Shown piece after piece: positions 50,908 through 63,661 of a stretch of DNA of 64,000 nt (the first letter of the stretch is position 1; every line of letters begins with the position of its first letter). A program made the translations under genes and the position numbers. The DNA is taken from NCBI GenBank assembly GCA_043228905.1, contig JBHGNT010000018.1, positions 11,036,001 to 11,100,000 of the forward strand. Reading direction: 5' to 3'. The notes beneath the pieces were generated by a model that searched no databases, was not told where the DNA came from, and saw only the letters and a list, made by a program, of their open reading frames with translations. The stretch comes from Azolla caroliniana. Its lineage: Eukaryota; Plantae; Polypodiophyta.

Positions 50908-53633
50908 ATGGACTGCCAAACATTGTCTGAAGCCGCCAAGAAATGGCTACGGCAACACGGACTGGAGGGTTTTCTGATGATCATGGAGGCGGCGCCACAC
51001 AAGGAGGCTGAAAAGATTATCAAGGACATTGACATCGAGCTGATCACGGAGGAAGCAATCTGGGCACTAACAGGCCTTCCGGAGGGGGGCATCTACACGA
51101 TCGACAATCCTACCTCTGAGCAACTCATCAAATATTTCGGTGAGTAAGGGCTACAGGACACAGGGCGGCGAAGATATGTTATTCCACGAAATTGCCCGTG
51201 TACTCCATGAGTTCGACCAAGTATACCCTCGACCCCCCGTTATGCCTTAGAACCGAGTAGGCTTGATTATCGCAACGTACGAAGGGGTCAAGGTGGATTG
51301 GCCAGTGCTGATCGCCGACCGATTGTGCGTGGCTATTGATACCGTAAGAGGTAAGGACGGCAAGGAAGGCAAAGAAGGCCGGAAAATATGGCATGCGGTG
51401 ACGCAATGGCTCACCCTATTGACACCACCTGTCGAGCCCGTCCAGACCAAGAAACGGGGAAGAGCAACGGACGACACCCCGAAACCTGCTTCAAAATGGC
51501 AACAGTTGTTGGCCTCCAAGGCCACTAAGGGGAAGACGGCCGACGCAGAGAAGGCGGCAAAGGAACGCGCCAACCGGAAGCGGATGATGGACACGCACGA
51601 GGAGACACTGGCGCGTCCCCTGAAGAGCCCACTCCACCGACCGGTGCAGCAAGAAATGGACACCCTGACGGCAAGAATGAATGTCGGGACTCGGGAGGAG
51701 GAAACGGACGAAGAGCCTACGGAGCACCTCCAGCGGCGGCTGGTGAGGAGGATCGCAGAATCAGCTGGGAAGCGTTCAGACCCACAGAAGGATGGAACGC
51801 CCACAACCCACACTGAGAACTCACGCCAAGGGAGGCACCGGAACCGGTTCGGATGGAACCGGTCACAGAAGTCCCTACACAACAAGCAGCACTGACAAGC
51901 CCCGTAACTCAAGAGCAGGTTATACAAATGCCAACCTCCTCAGCCAACCTCCTCAGCAGACAAGGAGCGGCCAGCCGACACACACCCAGAACCGGAACGG
52001 CAAAGTGGCCAGCAGGCAGAACTAGAATTGCAGCCCGACGCAATTAGGCGGGATAGGCCACTTCCAAGCGAACCCATCAGCCAACCCTCCGTGCAAGCGC
52101 ACCAACAGTGCACCGGCAACGAATGGCTCCGATGGATAGGAGAACAAATTGCCAGAGTAGTTGGATACGTAGAGGCGGAAGAACGAGCGTAGATGGAACG
52201 GTTGCTAGTCACAACCGATGAACTAGAGACGGCCCGATCAAGGATCCGGTGCCTCGAACAAGACTTGGATCGGGTCACAGAAGACATGGCCAAAATGGCC
52301 TTAACCGCAACACAGATCCAAGCACCGGTGACTCCGGTGTATGTACATACGAAATTGTTTCGGAGAAAGATGTGGCGCAAGCCCAAGAGCTTGCTGACTT
52401 AAGGGACGAACTTGCCGCACAAGAAGCACTATGGAGCCGTGAACAAGATTTGAAGAAAGCGGCAGAAGAGGAGTTAAGGAAAACTACGGAAAACCTCCGC
52501 CGGGTAGAAGAAAATCTGCGGAAAGGGCATCAAGCTTACGACCGGCAAAAGGAGGAAAAAGAAAAACTGTTGCAAGAGAAGGACAAGTTGCGACGGATGG
52601 AGGAGACGGAAATCGAAAGGCTGAAGGAAGAACTCCGTCAACAGAAGGACCGGGAGGACCGCGCGCGCCGATAGATCAACCAGAGGCTGAAGCAGAAGAT
52701 TGATGATTTTGATCATCTACACCAGGACTACAAGCAGCTAGAGACGAAGTATAAGCAACAACAGGAAAGGATGGTCGAGCTCCGACAAGAAGTTGATAGG
52801 GCCACAATGGCACTCGCCGACGAACGAGCTGAGAATACAAAGCTATTGGAGGAAGCGGCGAGGGACTGGATGGAGCTCCACAAGCAGAACCATGAAGAAA
52901 AGGAAAGGGCGACAATGGTGTTACAGAGGTTGCAAACAACCTATCAAAGTCAATTGTCGCATTATAGGGAGCAGGAGGCGGACACGGTCAAAATCATCAA
53001 GCAATTGAAAGAGGAGCGACAAGCCGCGGAGAACAAATCACGGATGGGAACCGAACGGATCCAGAGCATCCTCCGGGCATTGCTCACCAAGACTAGACGC
53101 TTGATTGACGAGAGCTTTGTGCGATGGTGGACGAAATGGGCGCAGAATACGGCGGAACTCCAATTGCTCAAGGCGGACGTGGAAAACCGGCGGAAGGAAG
53201 GTGACTATTGTTATACGCTGACATCAAAGGACTTCATTGCCATAAGGGATGAGCTGGCCGAAGATTTCATAGCCCTGGCGGATGAACAATTGGTGCAGGT
53301 CCAATAGCTCATAGCTCAACTGGACGACGATCGGCTAGAGGCTCAAATCCAGTTTGAGAGCTATGAGCGGTCCCGGCTTCGGGAAGAAAAAGCAAGGAAG
53401 GCGGTACAAGGACCAGACGGGGACCAGGCCGAGGTCAGTCAGCTAGAGACAACTCCGACGGAGGAAACAACGAAGGAAACGTCGGTGCCAGAGTGACAAA
53501 CGGAGCAGCAACCCCAAACGAAGAAGGCACAAACGGAGCAGCCACATAGCAGCCACAGTAACAACAACAAATTCCTGATGAGCCATTGGAAATTCTAGAG
53601 CAAAGCATTCTGGACATTTTGGACGAAGAGTAA
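50908..53633 (+). pseudogene. Extra 3' ORF of E2, disrupted
   Basis: MDCQTLSEAAKKWL...ITEEAIWALTGLPEGG...YEGVKVDW, long coiled coil, ends EQSILDILDEE*. Confidence 0.8.
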
Positions 53634-53646
53634 TAGGGCCAGATAA

Positions 53647-53685
53647 TGGGTTCGACGTACAAGGTATTGTCCCACGGGCATGCCA
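53647..53685 (+). other. tRNA-Arg 3'-end copy in place of the PPT (inverted PBS), E2
   Basis: TGGGTTCGA-CGTACAAGGTATT-GTCCCACGGGCATGCCA-TG|TGTTACC (LTR). Confidence 0.8.
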
Positions 53686-53731
53686 TGTGTTACCCGGCCG
53701 ACAAGAAGGCTTAAGGATGTCCATACCAGAG

Positions 53732-56700
53732 TGTAGAAAGTAGCGTGCAGAAGCAGGTATGAAGACCGAACAGAAGGAAGAACGCTCAGGTTTAATGGAG
53801 AGCTTGAGCTTAGACAGTATACGCGGGAGAGACAAAGAGAGTGAGAGAAAGCACAAGAGCTATATTCAACAAAAGAGTACTCAATCTCTATTCATTACAC
53901 AATATATATGTGTGTTAAATGAACACTTTTATACAAGTCCTAGAAGGACTGACAGGAGTACTGACAGTACTTCAATGCTCATTAAGAGCTCCTACACTAA
54001 CTCCCAAATATATTACTCATGGAATATCTTTCCTAACGGCCTCCCGGTTTATGCACCGATCCGGCCCTACCTACGCACCGGTCTGTGTACCGGTTTACGC
54101 GTTCGGCCTAACCGATCGGTCCCAACCGATCCGGTCCTCAGCTTCTTCAGCCGATCCGGCCGATGTTGAGCTTGTCTCTCAACACTCCCCCTCAAGCTCA
54201 ACTTGAGGCTCTTCGGGATCTTTGGGCTCACAGCTCCGGTTCCTCCTGGCTTCACGCCTCGCTCGCGCTCCTCGACCTATTCGACTCCGCGCGCTTTGAC
54301 CCTTCCGGTCGGCTTGTCTGCTCATGTGGCCCTTATCAGCTCTTCTGCTGTTGCGGTGTTGACGCTTCTCCTACTGCCTTTCCTTCCGTTTGGGCCTTGG
54401 TTGATTCAGCGTATCTGAATCAAACATCCGAACCGACTCGGCTACCTCCGATCGATTTTCACTCTCGTCCGAGTTGGCTGTCATCTCGCCCTCGTTGACG
54501 TCATCTTCCCCATGCATGGTTGGCTTCGGCTCTCTCCTTCGGTTGTTCCCCTTCTGTCCGCTTCCGGACTTTTTCGTGGGTCCACCCTGGGCTTCTTCAG
54601 CCGATCTGAAGTCGAACTCGACAACCGAGTCAACCGACTCGGTGTCGCGGTCTCCGCTCCTTTCCTGCTGCCTTGCTTGGTCGTTCGGGACTGTTCTCCC
54701 CCTCAAGTTTGGCACATCGAGGTGACGCAATCCGAGCGCACCTGAGAATTGCCGCAACTTGTCTAGACCAAGAGGCTTAGTGAAGATGTCGGCAGTCTGC
54801 CGATCCGTCGGCACGTACTGAAGTTCGACTTCACCGGAAAGGACACGCTCACAGACGAAATGGTAGTGCACCTCAATGTGCTTGGTCCGTGCGTGGAAAA
54901 CGGGGTTTTTCGCAAGCTGGATGCGGCTGAGGTTGTCGCAGTAGATCGTCGTTGGAGCTGACACCTCCCCTTGCAGGTCCTTAAGTAGTCGCTTCAACCA
55001 TATGGCTTCGCATGTCGCGACAGCCGCTCCTCGGTACTCAGCTTCGGTGCTCGACATTGCAACTGTCGGCTGCTTCTTACTGCTCCACGCGATCGCGGCA
55101 CTCCCAAGGGAGAACGCGTATCCGGACGTGGATCGGCGATCGGCGGCGCTTCCAGCCCAATCAGCATCGGTGTAGCCGACTAACTGCACAGCTGCACCAG
55201 TTCAATATAGCAGTCCCTGGTCCTTAGTGTCGTTGACATACCGAAGTATGCGTTGCGCACACTGAAGGTGCTCCTCGGTAGGTCGCGCCATGAACTGACT
55301 GATCACTCCGACCGGATAATTGAGGTCGGGTCGGGTGATGGTCAAGTATATGAGGCTTCCGACAATTTGTCGGAACCTCGTCGGGTCGCATACCTTTCCC
55401 GTATCGGGACGAAGCTTGACAGTTCTGTCCAGAGGAGACGAGACGGACTTACAGTTGGCCATCCCGAATTTGAAGAGCATACTCAGCACGTAATGACGTT
55501 GGCTGATCAATATGCCTTCGGGGGTACAGATCACTTCGATCCAGAGGAAGTAATGAAGGTCCCCCAGATCCTTCATGTCAAACGATACCGCAAGTTGGAG
55601 CTTCACGCGGTCGATTTCACCTAGGTCGGCGCCGGTGATGACCAAGTCATCAACATATAGTAAAATACTAACCGGTCCGAGTTGACCTTTCCGGATGAAC
55701 AGGGAAGAGTCTGATTTTGACGTGACGAAGCCCATCCGACGCAGTTGTTGCATAATCTTCCGTAAAGGGACTTCTTCAGTCGGCATACTGCCGAGGAGTT
55801 TGTTTCGGAGTAAAATCCAGAGGGCTGTGTCATGTACACCTGTTCCTCAAGGTCACCTTGCAGGAACACATTCTTTACATCGATCTGATGTAAGTGCCAC
55901 CCCTTCACTGCAGCTACTCCGAGTAAAACACGGACGTTCGTCATTTTCGCGACCGGCGCAAATGTCTCATCGTAGTCGATGTCGTGTTTCTGCGCGTAGC
56001 CCTTTGCCACTAGCCGAGCCTTATACCGGTTGACCGAGCCCTCGGTGTTGTACTTGACCTTGTACACCCATCTACACCCGATCGGTTTTACCCCTCTTGG
56101 TGCGTCAACCAAGTCCCAGGTCTTGTTCTCCGCCAATGCGTGCATCTCTTCCTCCATCGCGGCACGCCAATTCGCGTCTTTAGCCGCTTCTGCGTAGCTC
56201 TCTGGCTCACGCACTTCCGCTACACGGGTCATGTACGCATAATGATGCGCCATGTACTCGTTGTATCCGAACCGCAAAATAGGATTCTTCTGGCGAGTAG
56301 ATCGGCGTAATCTCGCATTAGCCGATGTCGAGGCCTTCTCGGTCGACGCAGACTTCACCTTTAAAGACCCATCACCAGTTCCCTCGGAGTTGGACTCGCG
56401 TCGGTCTGACTCGTTCCTATCCGTGCTGGAATCCGACACCTTCTTCTTGAATCCCTTTCTCTTTGCGCGTAAGCCGTCTCCTCGGCTTCCTGCACGGGGA
56501 ATGCACGGCCGAGTCTCCACTACTCGCCGGCTCTTCATCGAACTGGTCGAACCGACTCAGTCGTCCAATCGGTTCACTTAAACAGAGTGAAATCGAACTC
56601 TCTTCGCGGGTCTCGATTTCGGGCTCATCCGGAGGCATCTCGGCTTCGCTGACCTCATCGTTAGAGCTCGGATTGGAGTCGGGTTTCGGAGTCAGGGGCT

Positions 56701-59482
56701 GGTATCAGGACGCGGACTCGTCAAACACAACGTTGCGGCTAACATGCGCTTGTTTGGTGCGAGGGTTATAGCACTTATAACCCTTCTGCTCGTCCGAGTA
56801 ACCAACCAAGATGCATTTCTCGGCCTTTGCGTCCAGCTTCCTCCTTTTCTCCTTCGGTACATGCACATACGCAATGCTACCGAACACCCTCAAGTGTCGC
56901 AAGTTTGGCTTCGTTCCGAAATATAGCTCGTGCGGCGACACTTTGTCTCCGATCCGGTTCTGGATGTATACCGCGGTCCTTACCGCCTCAGCCCAGTAGA
57001 ACTTGGGCAAGCTCTTCTCCTCCAGCATTGCCCGTGCCGCTTCCACAACTGACCGATTCTTCCTCTCGGCCACGCCGTTCTGCTCCGGTGTGTATCTACA
57101 ACTGAATTCGCGCCGAATTCCCATTTGTTGTAGGTAATCGTTGAATTGACCGGAAAATTACTCTTTCCCGCCATCCGACCGCAAGCACTTGATCTTTCGT
57201 CCCGTTTCCGTTTCCACGAACCCTTTGATGTCCCGGAAACAGTCGAAGACTTCGCTCTTCCTTTCAATGAGGTAGATCCATGTGTGCCGCGTGTGGTCGT
57301 CGATGAAGGAGACGAAATATCGGCTCCCACCAAGACTAACGTTTTGTGTCGGCCCCCACACATCGGAGTGTATAAGGTCGAGCTTGTTCCGGCTCCGGTT
57401 TCGCTCGTTGGGGAAAGGAAGTCGGTGTTGCTTCCCGAGCTGGCAGGCTTCACAAATTTGTGCCTTTCAGCCACTAAATTTGGGCAATCCGAACACTACA
57501 TGTTTCTCTTGTAGTTGGAACTTGACATGGGCTATCCGCTTGTGCCACAAGTCGATGTCCGACTCGGATTTTCATCCCTTCGCGAACATTGCAGTGCCGC
57601 CGTCACTGGAGTCAAGGATGAACATCCTCCCGTCTCTCCGCCCTTGCGCAATCACACGGCCTTCTTCCTCAATGAAGCACCCGAGGTGTGTAAACCGAAC
57701 CTCCATCCCTTGGTCGACGATCTGTCCGACCGAGACCAAGTTCTTCGTGATTGTCGGAATGTGCAACACTTTCATGAGTTTCCCTTTCTGCCCGACATGG
57801 CTAAGGGGAACTTCTCCGACATTCGCGATCGGATGCGGAGTGTCGTCTCCAGTTGCGACTACTCCAGGTTGTATCGGTGTTTCAAGGTACGAGGACCACT
57901 CCTTATGGCTCGTCATGTGGTTTGACGCGCCGGAGTCTACGTACCACACCTCATCCGATCTCGGGGTGGTCTGTTTCATTGAGTTTGCTTTGTGTCTCGT
58001 CACCAAGGCAGACCCTTCTCCGGCTCTCTCGGAGTCTTCGGCGTACTGCGATCGCTACCGATTTCCCTTGTCGGTATGTCCGGAGCCGTTTCCGGAACCG
58101 GTTCTCTCCGAATCGGCGCGCTTCTTCCAGCACTCACTTTCCTTGTGTCCTTTCTTGCCACAGTACCAGCACTCCGCGATGGCCTTCCCTTGCCGGTTCT
58201 CATCGCTTCGACTCCCCCTGTTTCCGGAGGGTCTGGAGTTGCTGTCGGCATCACTTCGGTGCCTTCTTCCTTGATCTCGTTAGCTGCCTCCATTGCGCGC
58301 CGACTCGCCTCATCCTCCATATCCACGGGGCCTATCTCCTTCCGTGTACAACATTCTATTGTTGGTGTGCGTGCTTGTAGACGCACCCGCGTGGTTCTCC
58401 TCTACCAGGAGCATTGATTGTAAGTCGAAAAAGAACGGTGTACTCTCCCGGGTACACACAGCCGTTCGGAACACTCCGAACTTCGACGCCAAACCTCCGA
58501 GACAGATCTGGACCATCTCGCTCTCCTCGATGTTCACCTCTATAGAGGCGAGGGAGTCGCAGATATCCTTGATCTTCGAGGTATAGTCCGCCACCGACAA
58601 GTCGCGTTGTCGTAGGTTGCTCAACTCCTGTCGGAGTTGAAGCCTCCTGGCTGTGGTGCTCACGGCGAAAATCTTCTTCAGATTTTCCCACGCACCCTTC
58701 GGCGTCTTTGCATCCCGAACATAGCTCAATAGTTGTTCGCCCACACACGACGCGAAGCAGTATAATACCCTGCTCGCCGATTGCTCCCACGACGGGAAGT
58801 CTCTGTGTGTCGATTCGGGTGCGGCATCATTAGCTCCTTCGACATAACTCCAGTAGCCGTGCCCGAGCAAGTACTGGTGCATCTTGTAGGACCAAGATGC
58901 GTAGTTGGTTCTGTCGAGCTTCTCTGTTGGAAGCGAGCTCGCCATGCCTCTATCCATCGTTCTTCTTGTTCTTCTTCGTCAAGCTGTGTCGGCTGCAGAG
59001 AGGTTCACAACCCTGGCGCTCTGATACCATGTAGAAAGTAGCGTGCGGAAGCAAGTATGAAGACCGAACAGAATGAAGAACGCTCAGGTTTAATGGAGAG
59101 CTTGAGCTTACACAGTATACGCGGGAGAGACAAAGAGAGTGAGAGAAAGCACAAGAACTATATTCAACAAAAGAGTACTCAATCTCTATTCATTACACAA
59201 TATATATGTGTGTTCAATGAACACTTTTATACAAGTCCTAGAAGGACTGACAAGAGTACTGACAGTACTTCAATGCTCATTAAGAGCTCCTACACTAACT
59301 CCCAAATATATTCCTCACGGAATATCTTTCCTAACGGCCTCCCAGTTTACACACCGATCCAGCCCTACGTACGCATCGGTCTGTGTACCGGTTTACACAT
59401 TCGGCCTAACCGATCGGTCCCAACCGATCCGGTCCTCGGCTTCTTCAGCCGATCCGGCCGATGTTGAGCTTGTCTCTCAACA
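53732..59482 (-). mobile_element. Full-length Ty1/copia in E2 3' LTR; LTRs 53732-54184 and 59030-59482; TSD CAGAG
   Basis: PBS 59018-59029, PPT 54185-54196, 453-bp LTRs ~4% divergent by eye. Confidence 0.96.
54371..58957 (-). pseudogene. gag-pol: copia gag-pol with frameshifts and a ~95-aa acidic extension after RNase H
   Basis: [32 protein letters not shown], ...NLRGR then read-through to 54371. Confidence 0.92.
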
Positions 59483-59883
59483 CAGAGTGTAAAAGGAATA
59501 GTTATTCGGGAACTGTTGTAATTATTTTATTAATATGGACGGACGGACCGGAATCGGTATGCTAATCCGGATCTGGACCGATTCCGAATAGGTGCCGGTT
59601 GGCACCGTTTTGTACTTCTCACCGGAGACCTATATAAAGGCCCAGTTACAATGTAATTGATAGCGGATAATTAATAGAACTTATTGCCTTAACCTTTCAG
59701 TATTGATTACCGTTCTGTACTCATTGTTATATCTTACGCGTGTAATGACGAATTGCTAAGTAACCAATTAAGGTATAATTAAGCATTGTGTCGTAAGTCA
59801 TCTTGCCGTAACAACCTTTGGTGAAGTGTCTTAAGTGGACACCCTGTGTTAGGTTGTTGTCTGGCCCTAGGATTAACAGTGGC

Positions 59884-62800
59884 TTGGCACCGCGTTTTGG
59901 CGTAATAAGATCGGTCGTTCTCGCGAGAGAGAATCCTCCCTCCTTTTTTTATCTCCAATCATTGTTGCTAGTCGAAGAGAATCACGTGCGTCAAAGGAAC
60001 AACGCGCATGAAGGAAAAATGCTATATTCAAACTTCGATGGAGGAAGAGGACAAAGTCGCGGAAGGAGAGGTTAATTCAGCCAAGGCGGACACAACCAAG
60101 AGCGTAACTCCCACCAATGGCAAGCGGACAGAAATGGCCCCTGAGAGTTCGGCAGAAGGGGGAGTCATCACACTAGACCAAGCAACCGTAGGAACCCAGT
60201 TGAGTGCGGGTACTGTGGAAAACCCGGCCACTACGAAGAGGAGTGTCGGAAGAAGAAGCATGATCAAGGCTGACAACTAACAAATTACGCCACAAACTCC
60301 GACTACGGCGACCGCGGCAGAATGTTCATAATGAAGCACGAAGCGCAGTCAATGTCCGCAGTTGCATGAACTACCGCTTCAACTCCGAACAGCATATGGT
60401 TTGTCAATTCGGGAGCATCCAATCACATGACGTCCCATGGAGATTGGTTTCGGGAACTTCGGAAGCCTGAACGTCCCGGATATGTCGAAACAAGAGATGA
60501 CACGACTCACCCCATACAGCATATCGGGAATGTCCCATTTAGAAACAACGGCAAACAGACCTACCTCAAGAACGTGTTGTATGTCCCCCCCATTACAAAA
60601 AACCCGGTCTCAGTCGGCTAGATTGTCGAACAAGGAATGCAAGTACGCTTCAATAATGATAGATGCTTTATCGAAAAAGGCGATCAAGTCGTAGCTCACG
60701 GCCGACGAGGAGGCCGTATGTTCATCCTCGAATTGAGCGAGGTAAAGTCGGCCATGTACGCAAACGGCCAGAAAGTCGAAACCGACTTAAAACTGTGGCA
60801 CAACAGAATCGGCCACATTAATCTCCAGAAGCTACAAAACATGCAATCGAAAGGAGTCATAATCGGACTCCCGAACTTTACGGCAAAGGAGATTACAGGC
60901 GTATGTGAAGCATGTCAGTTCGGAAAGCAATGCCATCACCCATTCCCTAACAAGCGGAATGTGAGTAAAGGGATCCTGGATGTAATACATTCAGATGTAT
61001 GGGGACCAGCCCAAACAACTACATTCGGCGGATGCCGATACTATGTCACGTTCATCGACGACTTCTACAGGAACACTTGGATCTATTCGATGAAGCAGAA
61101 GAGTGAAGTGTTTAGGCACTTCCAGACATTCAAGGCCGAAGTCGAAAAAACTACGGGTCGGCATGTACGCTGTCTTCGATCAGATGGAGGCAAAGAATAG
61201 TTTTCAGATGAATTTACGGCGTATCTCCGAAAAGAAGGAATCCAACGAGAGTTCTCATGTCGACACACGCCTCAGCAAAACGACGTAGCAAAGCGTAAAA
61301 ATCGCCATGTAGTAGAAGTTGCACGAGCCATGATGAACAAGAAGAACCTGCCAAAATCATATTGGGCAGAAGCGGCAAATACAGTCGTATATTTCATGAA
61401 TAGGTGCACAACCTCGGGAGTACACGATATAACTCTGCATGAGAAGTTCTTCAGAAAGAAGCCCGATTTGTCACATGACTGCATTTTCGGCTCTATCACC
61501 TACATACACATTCCCGATGATACTTGGCAAAACCTTGACCCAAAGTCGGAGAAATGTATCCTCGTAGGATACTCACTCGAATAGAAGGGGTACAAATGCT
61601 ACAACCCATCTACCCATAAGGTTCGAACAAGTTGAGACGTAGTCTTCGACGAACACGCATCCTGGTACACACCAGTGAATACTTCGACTCCAACCCCACT
61701 CGACGCGGATGACACTGAAATAGAGATAGAAGCTAGTGATCGGCTCACACAGATGCTAGAAGACAGCCCAATTACGACACGGTAGAGTGGTCCATCAGAG
61801 CTACCCAACAATGAAAGCACATCTCGGCCGAGTTCGAAGCTGGACAAAGGGAAGGCGAAAATGCGGGAATATGAAGATCAGGAAGAGACCTAGATGCTTC
61901 ACTCTCTTGACCGTGAATTTGAAGATCTCGACATCTGCATAGATGGAGCGAAGACAGCCACGAATCGAGAGCTACGCCGATCCACGCATGACAAGAACCC
62001 CGTAAACCATTATGGCTACGATGAGTACATGGCGTATCATTACGCTTTTATGATGAAGGTAGCAACAGTACGGGAGCCGAAAACGCTTTCCGAAGTCGTA
62101 AATGATCCGCGATGGGTCAACGCAATGCATGAGGAAATGGAAGCGCTATGCAAAAATGAGACATGGGATCTCATCCCTCACCCGTCAAACAAGAAAGCGA
62201 TTGGCTGCAGATGGATATTTCAAAGTAAAATACAATCCCGACGGATCTATAAATCACTTCAAAGCACGGCTCGTTGCGAAAGGCTACGCGCAAACACACG
62301 GCATAGACTACGAAGAAACGTTCGCCCCGGTGGCAAAGATGACAACTGTACGGATAGTAATAGTACTCGCTGCAGCGAAGGGATGGCCCCTCCACCAGAT
62401 GGATGTGAAAAATGCTTTCCTTCAAGGAGAGTTAGAAGAAGAGGTGTACATGATACAACCACCCGGATTCGAATCACGTAAACATCTACACACCGTATGC
62501 CGACTCAAGAAGCCACTCTACAGCCTCAAACAAGCACCGCGTGCTTGGCTTTCGAAGATCACGTAGTATCTTCATCAAGTCGGATTTCAGATGTCAAAAT
62601 CCAATACCTCTCTGTACATCCGAAACGAGTCGGATAGCCTAATCATCATCATCCTGTACGTGGATGATTTGTTCATCGGAGGAAAGGATCTTGCCGAGAT
62701 TAACAAAGTCAAATCACTTCTTTCCGACAGATTCGAAATTAAAGACTTACACGAGCTCCATTACTTCCTAGTTCTTGAAGTAATTCGGACACCAGTCGGA

Positions 62801-63661
62801 ATAGTGATCTCTCAACGGCACTACATTCTCAACTTACTCTACAAGTTCGGAATGACCGAGTGCAAGCTTGTGTCTACCCCTCTTGATCATAACCTCAAGA
62901 TCGATGCCAGTTCCAGAACCACTGAGAGCGAGTTGACTCAGTATCGAACACTGATCGGTAGTTTGATATATTTGACCATTACCCGACCCGACCTCAGTTA
63001 TTTGGTCAGCCTACTTAGCCGGTTTATGCAAAATCCGTGAAATCTTCATTTGGACTACGCTAAGAGGATACTTCGATATGTCAGTACAACAATGGACTAC
63101 GGCATTATGTACAAGAAGAATGCGATCATTTGACTCGAAGGGTACACAGACGCGGACGGGGCAAGATATAAAGCGGATAGGCGCTCCACATCCGGATTCG
63201 TCTTCTTCCTTGGTTGCGGAGCAATCTCCTGGAGTAGTAAGAAGCAGCCAATAGTTGCACTATCGAGCATGGAAGCCGAATACAAGGGCGCAACAGTCGT
63301 TGCATGCAAAGCCGTCTGGCTCAAACGTGTACTAAAGGATCTGGGTGTACCCATCAAGGATCCAATTCGTCTCTACTGCGAGAACCTGAGCAGTATCTAC
63401 CTGGCACGGAATCTTGTATTCCATGCGCAGACTAAGCATATCGAAGTCCACTACCACTTCATCTGCGAGCGCGTACAGGCCGAAGAGATCGACCTACAAC
63501 ACATCAATACGCACCTCCAGGTTGCTGATATTTTTACGAAAGCTATAGGTGTCGACAAGCTCGGGCAATTTGCATCGGACCTTGGTCTCACGACATCTAC
63601 AATGTCGAGCTTGAGGTGGAGTACGCAGCATACGCAACATAAACTACACAACACGCAATAA
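59884..63661 (+). pseudogene. gag-pol: Outer copia gag C-term, PR, INT, RT, RH; many stops
   Basis: [37 protein letters not shown]. Confidence 0.9.

Larger units (their letters stand above)
43526..59878 (+). mobile_element. Full-length non-chromovirus gypsy E2 (sister family of E1); 5' LTR 43526-43960, 3' LTR 53688-53731 + 59488-59878; TSD GTGGC
   Basis: LTR pair ~4% divergent by eye; PBS TGGCGACCAC at 43968; TATA CCTATATAAAGG on plus strand. Confidence 0.95.

Noticed and set aside
53732-59482. Calling the copia cluster centromeric RLC5/Bryco
   Set aside because: Lineage cannot be assigned without an RT phylogeny, and no centromere evidence is in the sequence.
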